64,000 bases of DNA from Eledone cirrhosa (GCA_964016885.1 OZ024741.1:343294001-343358000); one strand, 5' to 3'. Shown: positions 14,445 to 30,859, numbered from the stretch's first letter. A program made the numbers and translations. The notes: a model not told the origin generated them from the sequence alone.

Positions 14445-15414
14445 GGTGTTGTAGTTTGCTTTAAGCCTTGTGGAATATGAAATACAAATACGACTAAAAA
14501 ATAAGTTCGGTTATTTGGAAGCCTGACAGTGTGTTTGGTAACAATGCCAAGGTAATAAGAAAGTAGAAGAATAAAAAGAACAAAGTGAACTGAAATAAGA
14601 TTGAAGACGATAGAAAGTTACCTTACCAATCTTAAATATCCCAAATATTTTCGGATTATCCATCCGTTATCAAAAGGAGTCCGTAGGGTGGTACATTAGA
14701 GAGAAACCTAAGAAATGTGGGCGACTTTTTGATGTATTTTGAATAAACAATTCAAAATATATCGAACAGCCGCACACTATCTATTAGTCAATATATCAAT
14801 TTTTCATGATCAATCAACCCTCTGAAACGATTGTAATACAATCTACAAAGAATCTATTCTCGCATTGTGTTTTATTTTCGTCGTTACACCCCACACACTC
14901 AAACACACTCCACGAACCCACACACTCACACACGCACATACGCGCACACGTATATAAACGCATATTTATTAAATATTTGTATACACATACAAATATACAT
15001 ACACATCAATATTCATGCATAACATATACAGACACACGCATAAACATTCATTCCATCAAAAACTTTTCAGAAATCATATTCGTCTTTGAATATTATTGAA
15101 TTTCATGTAGGAAGCAGTATATGTATTACTGCAACGATAGAGTTAGTCCCTATATATTAATATCTTTGCAGCTATAATTAAAATTGTAGTCTGAAAATAT
15201 ATCCTTTGATGCTATTATTATCTGCTTTAGTAGAGGTAATAGCAATACTATCGTACTGCTTCAAAATAGCTACAGGTTAGAGTTATAATTGTATCTGTTC
15301 TATACCATTAGTGTAGGACATAAATAGAATAAGACTTAATGAAATTAGTAAATCAACTCTATGTTCCTTCCAGTAAGGACGTAAGAGCAAGAGATAATTC
15401 GAATATATTATCTT

Positions 15415-15453
<39 letters not shown>

Positions 15454-15513
15454 GCACAATAAAAACTAACAAACATGTAAATACACACACACATATATAT
15501 ATATGTATGTATG

Positions 15514-15623
<110 letters not shown>

Positions 15624-15712
15624 TACGTGAACCTAATATAACTGTGTACAATTGGCTCCTGTGTTTTGTTCGTTCATTTTCAACTCTCTCTCTCCCCCTC
15701 TCTCTCTATATA

Positions 15713-15840
<128 letters not shown>

Positions 15841-16421
15841 TCGTTTCTGTATATATATATATATATTCATTCAATCACTATCTCTGCCAGCGGCAGATTA
15901 CGGATTAACATAGCTTAGTTCTTTCAAAAAATTGACCATTGCAGACACGCGTACCCATAACGTAGTTCTCAGGAACATACAGCGTGACACAGAATTGACA
16001 AGGCTGGCCATTTGAACTACATGTACAATTCATGTTCACTGAGGCAACGTGAAATAAAGGGTCTTGCTCAAGGATACTATGCGCCCCCGGGAGTCTAACT
16101 CACGACCTTACCACTATGCCGAATACCCTTAACAAAAATCCACGCGCCTTCACAATATACATGTATGATAAACACACAAGTTTCAGAATTTGTTTATTTA
16201 GATCATTCACTGTCAACGCGAACGATGGCTCTGTTGCAGCTCGTCACAGAATAGGCTTAAGCTATAAGGAACTTTTAACTCGCTCCCCTCTATATCAAAT
16301 GTAAAATCTATATCACGCATACCTTACCTTTCGTCAATTATCGTCTTGGATGTGTGAACTGGAGTTCATCCATGTTTAGTAAAGTTGAAACCTTATCTAT
16401 ACATATATATAAAACTGTAGT

Positions 16422-16491
<70 letters not shown>

Positions 16492-16699
16492 TGTCCTCAT
16501 TTTTGCAAAGTCTATACAAATCCACATTTCTACTCCGATTGATTCAAACTTGCATTTATATATTCCTTGCGGTCTAAAGATATTAACTGCAGCATTTATT
16601 TTTCAATTTTCTGTGTTTCTGTTGTTAAAGGGGTGTTAGGCGCCGGTTCTCCATCTCCGTCGCGCACTTATAATATCTGTCTGTATGCCTGTCTGTCTG

Positions 16700-16928
16700 C
16701 ATTACGACATTCTGAAAAACATTGATGGCGTATTATGTTCGATATTTTCCGTTCATTGCCAGGGAACGTCTTCACGAACCAAAGTATAGTCTTCCTGTTT
16801 TCCTTCGGTTGCAACGTTTTTCGAAATATATACTTCTGCGTTCACAGATGGATTTTTTTAGTTTCAGAAGATCCCGTTAAGGCTGAAAGCAGCGATTTTT
16901 TACTTAAACTTTAATCTGTTATTTTAAT
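16700..16928 (+). mobile_element. Family F arm with CAGAAGA-core HHR at 16860-16910
   Basis: Homologous to 38100-38297. Confidence 0.7.
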
Positions 16929-17631
16929 ATATAATATAAGCGAGGCAAGCCAGCCAGTGGCACTTCTTGCCAATAAACATTAACCCTTTGTACGCCATTC
17001 ATCTAACTGTAGACTAACAAATAGCAACTAAACGGAGCATTGACAAGAACGATGGCAAATGAATCTTCGAGGTAAGCAGTTTCATCTCGAGCTGTTAGTT
17101 CACGCGGGATTCTCTGCTACACCTTTTCGTAATAATACCGAACAACGTACTGCTGGTCACTCCTTCCTCCAAAAACCGTACAAAGCGGACATGTGCATCG
17201 GGCAGATGGATCGGGTGCAAATCTACACCGGGCCTACGCGAGAAATTCGCAAGGGACTGCACCGAGAGGGATAGAGAGAAAGAGTAACTTAGTGGAAAGA
17301 GTGCGAATGAACTTTTGAGGTAAGTAGCCTACGCCTTACTGCTATGACACTGGAACCTTCTGCCAACTTAACCTGTGACTTTCTCTTTCACATTTACTCC
17401 AAAATGCCAAAAACAGAGGAGTATGAAAAGAAGGGGCTCAACAATATTTCTATGAACAATGCACGTAGACAGCTAAACTGTACATTCAACTTCTTAATTT
17501 TCTCCGAATAAAACAAGTTTACTGTCGGTATATTTTCGTGAGTTTTTAACAGGCCCTCACAAATAAACTTTTCTCATTGGAGGTGCTATTACCAATGTTC
17601 TTACCCGTGCAACGCCGGGATACACTGCTAG
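16929..17631 (+). mobile_element. Non-autonomous Helitron (5' end approximate)
   Basis: 3' hairpin CCCGTGCAACGCCGGG followed by ACACTGCTAG|T. Confidence 0.65.
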
Positions 17632-18051
17632 TATATATATAAATAATATGGCGTAGCACCATCTAGCGGATTCCAGCTAGATGGTGCTACGCCATCGGTT
17701 CCCAAATTCATAACTAAAGACTTTCAAAATGTTTATTCATAAACATACCGTATATCGCTAGATATACGAAACACACACTTCATATACACTGCTATGTTAC
17801 CGCTAATACATATATATTTAATTATATATATATCTATCTTTTCCTGGGTCCTGTATTTTCGTTGCTCTGGTAATGCGGTCGGACTGCCGACTGCTATATC
17901 TGATTTGCTAAGCTGTCTGAACGTAATGTTATTACTCTGGGGTCTTACCTCATCTGAGTGCTAAACCTACAGACCGATTATGCATATACGCTAGCTTGGC
18001 CGTATACTAGAGCTTCGTCTATGCTGTACTAAAATTTATATTTTATATATA

Positions 18052-18395
<344 letters not shown>

Positions 18396-18537
18396 TCTCT
18401 TTATTTGTGTGTGTGTGTGTGGGGGGGGGCATACAAATCCTGACAGGTTCGGCTTCTTTGCTTTACATATCTCTATACCAATTCTGTATCTCCCATGCAT
18501 TGAGTACTCCCATGATTAGTGGTCTCCTCATTCTCAG

Positions 18538-18612
<75 letters not shown>

Positions 18613-19426
18613 ACAATCTCTCTCTCTATATATATATTATACTATTATATTTATATATATCATATTATATATAATATATGTTTCTACTTTTTGGCACAAG
18701 GCCAGCAATTATCATAGTGTATTACTGGTACTTTATTTTATCGATCCCGTAAGGATGAAATGCAAAGTTAACCTCGGTGGGATAATATATGTAACCATAC
18801 AAGCACACATACAGACAAACAAACACACAATCACACAATCACACACAGACATTCAAACAAATACACGCATCTCACAAACAAAGAAGTTTATATCATTGTA
18901 ATGTGAGTTATTGCGCTTGATCATAAGAAATGCCAAAGAAGATTTTATTGTTATTCAGCCTAGTAAAATGAAGATGAAGTGTATACTAAAATCAACCAAT
19001 CCACACTTCTCCATAGCGCTCGTGACAATAACGAAACATCGGATAGACAAATTCTTCAGACTCCCAACTCTAACGAAACGCGTAATGAATTTACTGATAG
19101 CTATGTCATGATACACACAAAACATGCCAAGTGGAGACACCGGGTTCCGTTTGGCAGTGGTTCAAATGATTATAGAAGTAGGACTCCTTCAATCACTCTG
19201 GACATTTGAATAAGAGGCAAATGGACAATATCCAAAAAGGAGAAAAAATAATAAAGCGAACTGTTGCAAAAACACACCTACGCATGCATGGACACGTACA
19301 CACCAGCGCATGCACATACGCACACACGTGCAGGCACGAACATAGTCAGACACAGATACACGAAAACACAAACAAGTACTCATACATATGCTCATAACCA
19401 TGAACTTGCACTCACATACACACACA

Positions 19427-19806
<380 letters not shown>

Positions 19807-20164
19807 CAATCTATCTATCTATATTTAGAAGCGGCACTAACCAAGCGTGGTTCATCATAAAGGTGTATATGACAACATATACGATATGATTATGTACAAT
19901 AAACCGGTTAGTGTCACTTTTAATTACCATCTTCACTCAAGGTTATATTATATGCAAAAAAAATATAGGTTTTTGCATATTTTGTCTCATTAACGAGTAA
20001 GTAAATGTAACTAATGACGGATAAAAATACAGAAATGGATATCGGGCATTCTCATTGCTACTGAGATAGATGTGACATCAAAACAACTTTATGAAAAAAT
20101 TCCTAAAGAGGCTCTCGTGTATTTATTATACATAATGTGTGTGTGTGTGGGTGTATATATATAC

Positions 20165-20199
<35 letters not shown>

Positions 20200-20207
<8 letters not shown>

Positions 20208-20490
20208 CTCGGACCGGGTGATGTGTTGTTTCCTTGAGCAAGACACTTTATTTCACGTTGCTCCAGTTTACTCAGCTGTAGAAATGAGTTGCGACGTCAC
20301 TGGTGCCAATCTGTATCGGCCATTGCCTTTCCCTTGGACCTCATCGGTGGCGTGGAGAGGGGAGACTGGTATGCATGGGCGACTATTGGTCTTCCACAAA
20401 CAACCTTTCCTGGACTTGTGCCTCGGAGGAAAAACTTTCTAGGTGCAAATCCCATGGTCATTCGTGACCGAAGGGGGTCTTTACCCTTTA
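20200..20490 (+). mobile_element. Second tRNA-SINE family (CORE-like CCTTGAGCAAGACACTT domain)
   Basis: Copies or fragments at 1105-1175, 6190-6312, 9965-10030, 15940-16152 and 31070-31375. Confidence 0.7.
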
Positions 20491-20504
20491 TATATATATA
20501 TATA

Positions 20505-20692
20505 TGAGACACAAATTTAAATCTTGAAGACCAAGACAATGCGTTATGAAGATTGTTAAAAGGCCAATCCACACTTCTCCATAGCGCTCGGATTGGCATT
20601 TTAACAATCTTCATAACGCATTGTTTTTGTCTTCAAAATTTAAATTTGTGTCTCCTATTAAACAATGCTTCAAGCAAGCTACAAAACTCTGA
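20505..20692 (+). mobile_element. Family I foldback (about 65-bp arms plus tail)
   Basis: GAGACACAAATTTAAAT...CCAATCC inverted at 20590-20654. The loop sequence recurs at 18996-19021. Confidence 0.65.
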
Positions 20693-20709
20693 TATATATA
20701 TATATATAT

Positions 20710-22470
20710 AATGTATAATAAACAATACAATATAATTACCTCATTACCAGAGGTTTCCCGAATAAAACGAATACAAGAAACGTCCTCATTCGTTCGTCGG
20801 ACAAGGCAATTTAAAACATAGTGAAATATTTGAAAAATCTCCTCAAGAAAAGCAAAAGTTTAACGGGCGAAAAAATATATAAATAAAAGTAATGCAAGAG
20901 ATATATAAAAAAATAAAGAAATATAGTTAGGGTATGTGTATATGTATGTATATACACTCACAAATGTACATATGTGTGTATGTATAAATGCATGTGCATG
21001 GTGAAAATGTGTGCGTAAGTACATATATGAGGGCAAGCATATCAGTGTATGTGTGACCACAAATACGTATATAATATATGTTGAAAAAGAAATTGTAAGA
21101 TAATAGAGTTAACGTACATCCAGACTCAGGTACTAAGGATTGAAATATATACACATACAAGTATGAAAGCACGCGCATAAACACACACACGCGTGCAACC
21201 ACATACATGCGAGTGATATATACAGGAAAGGGAGTGTATCAGTCAAAGCAGTGTCAGGCTGAAGGTCGATCCATATATATAAATTAAAAATTGAAAAAAT
21301 ATATGAGAATAAAAAAATTAAAACAAAGAGAAAGTAAGGGGGAGGGGTTATCAATTATAAAGAAACACTTGAAAAAATAGAAAACAAACATAGGTTCGTA
21401 CATACACATATATATATAAAAATATATATATAAATACGTACAGACAAAAGCACACACATGCGGACATACATACAAAGGCGCGCATACATACACACGAAGC
21501 ACATATATATATACGTACATGTACATCTAATCACACGCACGCACGCGACTATATACATATATATACACATATACATACACATACATATATGTATATATAT
21601 TTATACACATACATATATATATAAGTATGTACACACACACATATATATAAGTATGTAAAAACATAGATATAAAAACACACATACACACACACGCGCACAT
21701 AGGAATGCATTCGTATACATATACAATCACGCGTACACACACATGCACACTCACACACATAGATACAATATAAAAACCAGCCGTATGAATAAATTAGTAC
21801 AAATTATACGCAAGTAAACATACATAAAAGCGGCTGAGAGACAACAGAATATATCTGAACTTGAAAACGCAAGTGACATGTGTTATTATATATCACTCGC
21901 ATGTATGTGGTTGCGCGCGTGTGTGTGTTTATACGCGTGCTTTCATACTTATATGTGTATATATTTCAATCCTTAGTACCTGAGTCTGGATGTACGTTAA
22001 CTCTATTATCTTACAATTTCTTTTTCAACATATATTATATACGTATTTGTGGTCACACATACACTGATATGCTTGCCCTCATATATGTACTTACGCACAC
22101 ATTTTTTCACTATACACATGCATTTGTACATACACACATATGTACATTTGTGAGTGAATATACACACATTTATACATATTTCCTTATTTTATTTTATATG
22201 TCTCTTGCATTACTCTTATTTATATATTTTTTCGCCCGTTAAACCTTTGCCTTTCTTCAGGAGATTTTTCAAATATTTCACTATGTTTTAAATTGCCTTG
22301 TCCGACGAACGAATGAGGACGTTTCTTGTATTCGTCTTATTCGGGAAACCTCTGGTAATGAGGTAATTATATTGTATTCTTTATTATACATTAAATTTAG
22401 CTCTGGTACTTACATAGAGCACTCTTCACTCCTATGACTTTTTCAATTTTGAACGGAAACTTCAATACTT
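20710..22470 (+). mobile_element. Long family D foldback: about 510-bp inverted arms, 78-nt tail, HHR at 22291-22368
   Basis: 20710-21222 is the reverse complement of 21887-22392. AATTGCCTTGT-CCGACGA...GAAA-CCTCTGG-TA-ATGAGGTAATT. Confidence 0.85.
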
Positions 22471-22478
22471 ATATATAT

Positions 22479-22565
<87 letters not shown>

Positions 22566-22567
22566 AT

Positions 22568-22655
<88 letters not shown>

Positions 22656-22686
22656 GTGTATATATATATATGTATATATATATATG

Positions 22687-22749
<63 letters not shown>

Positions 22750-22754
22750 ATATA

Positions 22755-22820
<66 letters not shown>

Positions 22821-23101
22821 GCATGAATGTACTTCTAGTTTATTAATTTATTTATACATTTTAAGAGCGATGAATTGGTAGAATCGGTAGAGCGTTGGAC
22901 ACCCTGCTTTACAGCATAGAGGTACGGCCATTTAGCTTTTGATTTCCAATCCCACAGAGTTAGCTTTGCTTTTCATTCTTTCGGGGTCGATAAAATAAAC
23001 CACCAGTAAGTACTGGAGTGAATTTAATCGACTTTCCTTGCCCTTTCAAATTGCTAGCCTTGTGCCTAAAGTAGAAACAATTCTTTTATAAATTTTAGCC
23101 T

Positions 23102-23145
<44 letters not shown>

Positions 23146-23808
23146 AGATGGAGATATATATAGAGAGAGAGATGTAGAGATAGAGAGAGAGGGGGAGGGG
23201 GATAGTTTCTAACATAGAAGTAAGTCTCTTTCAATGGAATTTAGACAACATCAACTAGGTGAATATGTATGAGTGTCTATGTGTTAGATTGCGTGTCGAT
23301 ATTGATGTTATTGCATGTGTGGATCTACGTTTTGAGTTATATGTGTACACGTGTATATATTTCTGTATTCATACATGTGTATATGCAGCTATTACATGCC
23401 GAATTTCTGAAATGTTTTACATCTGGTCCCATTCTGGTCCTGTAAAGCTCTACCTTTCTATTTCATCTATTATTTCTCATCCTATCTTTTGATGAAGTAC
23501 TAGTGTCCGAAACGTAAATACTCTTTTCCTTCTGTATTAAGCGTTAAACTAATGTATTTCTTCATTGTAATGTGTTGATAGCTTAGTTGTATCTGTTTAC
23601 CTTTCACATACATATAAAAATATACATATATGTATATCTGTATATAATAAAACATACACACACCCACACACACATATATCTATCTATCTATATATATAAT
23701 ATATGCATATATATTATATATATGTACATATATTGTATATATGCTTATTTATTACATGTATCTATTGTATTTACCTATGCAAGTGTTTATCTATATATAA
23801 ATACTATG

Positions 23809-23851
<43 letters not shown>

Positions 23852-25431
23852 ATATGCATTACCTACTCTCCCATACGCACACACACACACACCCATACAC
23901 ACACACATATATATATATATAAATATATATATATATACTCAAGAATTCGTATTCATATGCACACAACAACATACATAGATGCACTCACACAACTATGTAT
24001 ATGCAGCAACAACAGCAGCAACAATAGCAGCAGCAGAGAAGAAATGGTATTGTTTTGGTCGGTGTCTTCTTGCTATTATTGTTGTTTCTCTCATATCAGT
24101 TATTGATATTATCATGCTTCAGTAATCATTAACAGCACGGAATATACATATGTATATATCTTTTGACTTGTTTCTTGTTTAAAAAAAAACCAAAACCAAA
24201 GACTCATATGTACAAGTTATTGATTGAGTGCTGGACTGGATGCTTCCTGTTCCGCAAAAGATGGATTTCCTCTTACTCTTATTTCCGGCGCCTACAATTT
24301 CTTACTCACCTTCTTTGATATTTAAGAAAGAAAAAAAACTTGCTTGTATATTGTACAATATGCTATGGAAAGCTTAATGTGCATCTGATTCTCCTTGGCA
24401 GTTCAATTCTACTGCGTATTATAAACTACAACCAGAAATTGCAGGAAGTGAATTGCAGTCGCCGATTCAAAATCACGTTTGCGCCTCACACTTTGTATTC
24501 CAATAGTTTATTTACATCTCTCGATATACTCTTTTCTAATTTAGGTACAAGGCCAGCAATTTTTGGCTTGTTTATATTTATCTCAGTAGTTAACTGATAC
24601 TTTATATAAGGACCCTGGACGGATAAAAGGCAAATTTGGCGTTGGTGAAATTTGATCACAGAACATAATATGCCAGAACTAATACTTCTAAGCATTTGTG
24701 TGATACTGATAAAATGCACAGCATTTCCTGTCATGATTTAGTTTGAAGAGAAGGGAGGACCCATTCCATTTGCTGGACCTAAAGGAAGATTTAAGGAGGG
24801 ACGAAATTTCACATTTTATCTTGGAAAATTATCTGAATGATTGTAAGGAACTAAATTCCTCTGTAATAGAAGCAATAAACTATTAAAGGAGCTGGTGTTA
24901 ATCCCAAAACGAGGGAATAGATACAATCTTATCTAAACAATTTCCTTCATAAGGTTGGGTTGACCCAGGATTATCGGAGGAAACGTTCGTCAAGAGATTG
25001 ACAGAATGAGACTGAAAATTTCACGATATCAATGTGAAGTGAATTTCTTAAACAAACCAAACAGCATTGCATATACAGTATACATCAAATAAATCCGGTT
25101 GAGTCGACTGAGTGCCTTGTGTGAAGATATAATTAATCCTCAGCAATAGAAGGAGGCATTTAATAAGGATAAGGATAATTGTATCGTAACAATGAGGTCT
25201 CGCAGTCATTCCCTTTTGGACAAGAGAATTTAATGTGATAAGACGTTGGCCAATGTTCATTGGCTGTTTCGACCATTAGCCGTAACACCTTTTCATTAAT
25301 AGGTCAACAATTGGGTCAAACCATTGCTTACCTTATCCCCCACATAACTTAACACCACTCTTCTACTACATAACCAGGAAGGGGACATTTTTGCTGCCCT
25401 CCCCCATACATACTTCCTTGAATAAAAGAAA

Positions 25432-25846
25432 CTGAAAAGTAGGTGTATGTGCTTAGAAAGCCGTACAATGCAAATGAATTAGATTACAAAGTTAATAAGT
25501 CGGGAGGGAATTGAGAGGTTAGGTGGAAAGAAAAAGTGGGAGAAGAAAGGAAATAATAAACAAAAGGGAACTATGACTGAATGTTACCATAGCAATTAAT
25601 TCTTTCCAAAAGGAAAAAAAATAAATAAACAGCAATCAGGAAGAAAATCTCTGAATTCTTCGAAGTCTCCCACTGAGGGAACCCCCTGATAATAAAGAGT
25701 AATGATTCCTTTTCTTTCATTCTTTTCCTTCTTCTCCCACGTTTTCGTTCTACCTCAACTTTCTCAATTCCCTCCCGACTTGTTACCTTGGTAATTTAAC
25801 CCACTTCTATTGTACGACTTTCTAAACACACACCTACTTTTCAATA
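25432..25846. repeat. Old diverged foldback (about 140-bp arms)
   Basis: GAAAAGTAGGTGT..AAGTCGGGAGGGAATTGAGA versus TCTCAATTCCCTCCCGACTT..ACACCTACTTTTC. Confidence 0.65.
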
Positions 25847-25858
25847 TTATATATATAC

Positions 25859-25936
<78 letters not shown>

Positions 25937-25997
25937 TTTATATAAGAAAGTTATATTTCATTAACTTTCTTATATATACATATAATATATATATATA

Positions 25998-26803
25998 TTC
26001 TAGGGCGGGTAAAATTCCCGAGAGCCATGGACGAGTTCTCTTCAGCGGTCTCTGTCCTTCATTATCGCTGCCATGTCCTGCGTCTCCAACAGACCAGTGT
26101 CTGTCCTTAGGGCATCAACATACGTTAACCTTGGTCTTCCTCTTCCAGTGTGTCTATGTAGGGGCTGCCACAGGAGCACTGAGTGCAATGTTAACTCTGG
26201 ACGTCGGTGAGCATGTCCAGCTAACCTCAGTCTCCTCTTAAGGTTTAGGAAGAATCCGGGGAAGAAGTGGACCTACATCTCAGATATGCACCTGTCCAAG
26301 TCCCAGATTGATTTCATTCTGGTGAGGAAAAGGTGCGGAATAGTGTTCTGAACACAGAACCATACAACTATTTCAATACACTGGGTAGTGACCACCCGCT
26401 TGTTATGAGTCAGGTCCGGATGAGCTTAAGAAAGAGCAAGGCTCAGCCCCGGCAAGCAATCTATGACTGGGGAGCTTTCAAGGAAGATGATAAGCTACAG
26501 GAGAGGTTCACAGTGGAAGTGAGGAACAGGTTCAGTGCTCTGTGTGGAGAGACAGAGGAGAGAGAGATTGGATGGACTGAGGAGCGTGTAACGAGGAGGT
26601 ACGGGCACTTCACCAATGCAGTGGCGGAAGCAAGTGAGACCCTGGTGCCGAAGTAAAAAGAACAAGAGGAAGCACGTCAGCTCTGCAAACCCCAAAATCT
26701 GTGCAGCCAGAGAACACTTGAAAGCTGCCAAGGACCAATTCTATGCTGATCGTACGGAGGAGAGGATGGAGACTGTGGAGGTGATGAGGGAAGAACTCTG
26801 TAC
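25998..26803. mobile_element. RTE-clade LINE: 3' end on minus (25998-26238) joined to inverted APE-endonuclease end and linker on plus
   Basis: Minus: RRLRLAGHAHR..GRGRPRLTYVDAL. Plus: SQIDFILVRK..NSV....LGSDH.LV. TA flanks. Confidence 0.85.
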
Positions 26804-26805
26804 TT

Positions 26806-26832
<27 letters not shown>

Positions 26833-26836
<4 letters not shown>

Positions 26837-27355
26837 ATGTTGAAAAGGTAACACACTAGAGAGAGATACAGTGCGCTATCAATAAAACAGGGAAAAACCA
26901 CCAGTTGTTTCGCCAGTAAGTTGTTGACAGAAATGGAATAACCCTGATTCTTCAGCGTGTGTAAGGCTATACATTTCAGACAACACTAAGAGAATTTTAA
27001 AATGACTGTCCAGCTACACGTGGGAGAGAGAAGTCACAGCGTGTTTAAGGGCAGTGAACCAGTGGCCTCTGAGGGACGAGCTGCTAGAAAGGGCATTTGT
27101 ACGTGTGTTATATATTTATAGAGGTATTTATTTACGCTTTAATTTATATTTTAATTATCGTGTCTATAGTCTGCCTTTGATAGATTATAGATTCCATACA
27201 CTGGTGGTTTTCCCCTGTTTTATTGATAGCGCACTGTATCTCTCTCTAGGGTGTTACCTTTTCAACATATTGTATTTTAAAGAGCTCAGGCTTTCCTCTC
27301 CTTTGAGCACATTGTTTACAGGGAATGGCGAGAGTCTATGGCTCCGTTAATTTAT

Positions 27356-27360
<5 letters not shown>
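26833..27360 (+). mobile_element. Family J foldback (about 72-bp arms plus 88-nt tail), possible HHR on minus strand at 26895-26960
   Basis: 26833-26905 is inverted relative to 27200-27271. Tail contains TTGAGCAC. CTGAAGA...GAAAC on the minus strand, but stem I is unclear. Confidence 0.7.
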
Positions 27361-27408
<48 letters not shown>

Positions 27409-28794
27409 GTTTTTTTTTTAAATCATTTATTTTGTTTTGACCTGTTTAGCTTGATTTGCTTTTTGGCTTAGGTGGTTGATGCTTTCTTGACCACTATTTC
27501 AGTTTTGTATGGCGTCTTAACATATTGTTTAGCTCTGTCTTTTTTAACTATGGAGCGCTTGCCAGCACTTTCTGATTTCTACGTTTCGTTTCACCTTTTC
27601 TACCCGCCGAAATGCGATTTTCGCTGAATCTATATTTGTATATATATATAAGAAAGTTAATGAAATATATACATACACACTTAAGCGTGCATTAAGATAT
27701 ATCAAAGCTAGAGACAATCTGCACTAAATATTTTCTGCTCCCTATTTGGTGAGCTGTTTAATACATCGAGAGGTTGGACTGCTATTTCTAGTGGACGAGA
27801 ACCCTTTCATGTCGTTGCGTATGATTCCTAAATTAACTTAAACATGTCTTTTAAAACCATTGCCTGACCCTCTCAGTAAAACTACAGACAACTTGCTCCA
27901 ATAACTAATATAGGCCCAACCGCCGCCATGAGGATGCAGCTGTTGCATTAGGTAATTTCTATATTACACTGCAATCACTGACATACGTTAGAAGTCTCAG
28001 TGATTTTTGTTAAACAAAAATCAAGTTAGATTTTATTCCTAAATAAGTGAAACTGAATATGTTTAAATATAGTGGCTGTGTAACAGCGAATTGGCTGAGC
28101 TGTTAGCACGTTGAATATAAATAATGCTTTGCGGTATTCATTACGGCTCTCTGCGATCTGAATTCAAATACCGCCGGGTCAAATGTCGTTCATTCTTTCA
28201 AAGTTGATAAAAAAAAGGACTATTGTAGTACTAGAGGTCCATTCTTCCTCTATATCTCTTTCTCAGTTCTCTCTATCACCCCCCCCCCCTTTTTCTGTAA
28301 GAAAACGGGTGTGTTCAGACTTAGAGAGGAGATGGACAGTCAGGTTTAAAAAATGCCCAAGAAATACCGCAATTCACTACGGCGCCTGCTACGACTCCAC
28401 CAGGAGTTATGTATTTATAGTTAAACACATAGGGGTTGTATTCATTTACACCACGTACCATACCTTGTATCACTCAATACTTGAAATTGCAGAAAGTGTC
28501 GACAACTAGATAACTTGACACATGATGTTGCCTACAACATTCTTTGGCAACATGTATCAATGAGTTTACATATTGGCGATTTCTAAACTTGGCCTAACAC
28601 CAAATATTATGATTGGATGAGTACTGTCAATTAATTCGACGCCAGTACTTGAGTGCTACTTATTTTATCGATTCCCGAATCGATGAAATGCAAAGATGCT
28701 CTCCTCTGATTTGAGAATAGTCCTTAAAGAGAAATAATAACGAAAGAAAAATGACCTTAGAAAAAAACAAAAAGAGAAATATATATATATAAAA

Positions 28795-29330
28795 AAAAAA
28801 TAGGATTTCGCTTCAAGCATAGCTTTATACAATATGTATAAATATTTCGTATCTCCAAGGAAATACGGTTTCAGGAAGTCGTAGCTATGCAAACACCGGG
28901 GGGCTAACGCCCTCTGGTGATGTCCAGCAGAAGCAAGGGGGACAACCGTCTATGCATTTCAGGCTTAACTGGCCTTCGTCAGGACGGTCCCTCCCACCGC
29001 TTGCGACTGCTGGACTAGAAGACAGCCGAGAATATATACTTTTCTCGTATTGTAAATGAGGTGATTAATCTCATTTGCATATGAAGCTGCATAAGTTGGC
29101 TCAACTTATAATAAAAAAGAAATAGGATTTCGCTTCAAGCATAGCTTCATACAATACGAGAAATGTATATATTTTCGGCTGTCTTCTAGTCCAGCAGTCG
29201 CAAGCGGTGGGAGGGACCGTCCTGACGAAGGCCAGTTAAGCCTGAAATGCATAGACGGTTGTCCCCCTTGCTTCTGCTGGCTACGGCCTCCTAAAACCGT
29301 ATTTCCTTGGAGATACGAAATATTTATACA
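28795..29330. mobile_element. Family K foldback with two canonical HHRs
   Basis: 28835-29054 is inverted relative to 29150-29330. Tail duplicated at 28795 and 29113. Confidence 0.85.
29216..29259 (+). ncRNA. Canonical minimal type I HHR (inverted copy 28945-28988)
   Basis: ACCGTC-CTGACGA-AGGC-cagttaa-GCCT-GAAA-TGCA-TA-GACGGT. Stems I and II are perfect. Confidence 0.9.
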
Positions 29331-29436
<106 letters not shown>

Positions 29437-29705
29437 GTGTGTGTGTGTGGGCATTTTATAAGAAAATTAGAGGCATGATGACCTATTCTTTTTACTACAG
29501 AAAATAGTGTAAATAATAGGGTGCATAAGCCCCCTTAGCAGAAAAGCCAGACATTATCACCTGTGGAATCACGAACTTACTTGATTATGATGCCATTACA
29601 CCACACAAAACAAACAATTAGATGGTACCTCTAACTTTCTCAGAAACTTTCAAAATTCGCTCATCATTTCTAATCACACGTTGATATATATATACATATA
29701 TATAT

Positions 29706-30015
<310 letters not shown>

Positions 30016-30020
30016 GTATA

Positions 30021-30243
<223 letters not shown>

Positions 30244-30248
30244 GTATA

Positions 30249-30300
<52 letters not shown>

Positions 30301-30304
<4 letters not shown>

Positions 30305-30859
30305 TATGTATACGTACATACATATATGTATACAGACGTACAGTAGTATGTATATACATACGTACATGCACACATATATATATGTACGTATGGGTTTACC
30401 GAACATTTATTATAATGCTCGGTTTGTTTGTAAACAAACAGCCCGAATTATTAGCCGTACAGTGTTCGGCAACTATCGTTGCCATTGTGTTCAACACTGA
30501 CAAAGGAACGATGAACTAGTTTCTAGATTATTAGCTGTCATCAGCACCGTATACCTTCCTGTCAGTTGATTGAACGTTTGAAAGTATATACTTTCCTTGT
30601 GCATATTAACGGCTGAGCATTATAATAAATGTTCGGTAAACCCATACGTACATATATATATGTGTGCATGTATGTATGTATATAAATACTACTGTACGTC
30701 TGTATACATATATGTATGTACGTATACATATTTATATTTAACTATCAGCCGTACTAAGAGTGAGAAATGAAATTTCATTTTTTTCCATTTATCGTTTTCG
30801 GTACGCCAGGCCGACTAACTCACTCGATATCCAAATTAGGCTGCTCAGCCGTTAATATG
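30301..30859. mobile_element. Family L foldback, HHR on minus strand at 30508-30550
   Basis: Inverted arm 30301-30618. The plus arm 30617-30859 runs through the unit junction. ACGGTG-CTGATGA...GAAA-CTAG-TT-CATCGT. Confidence 0.8.
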
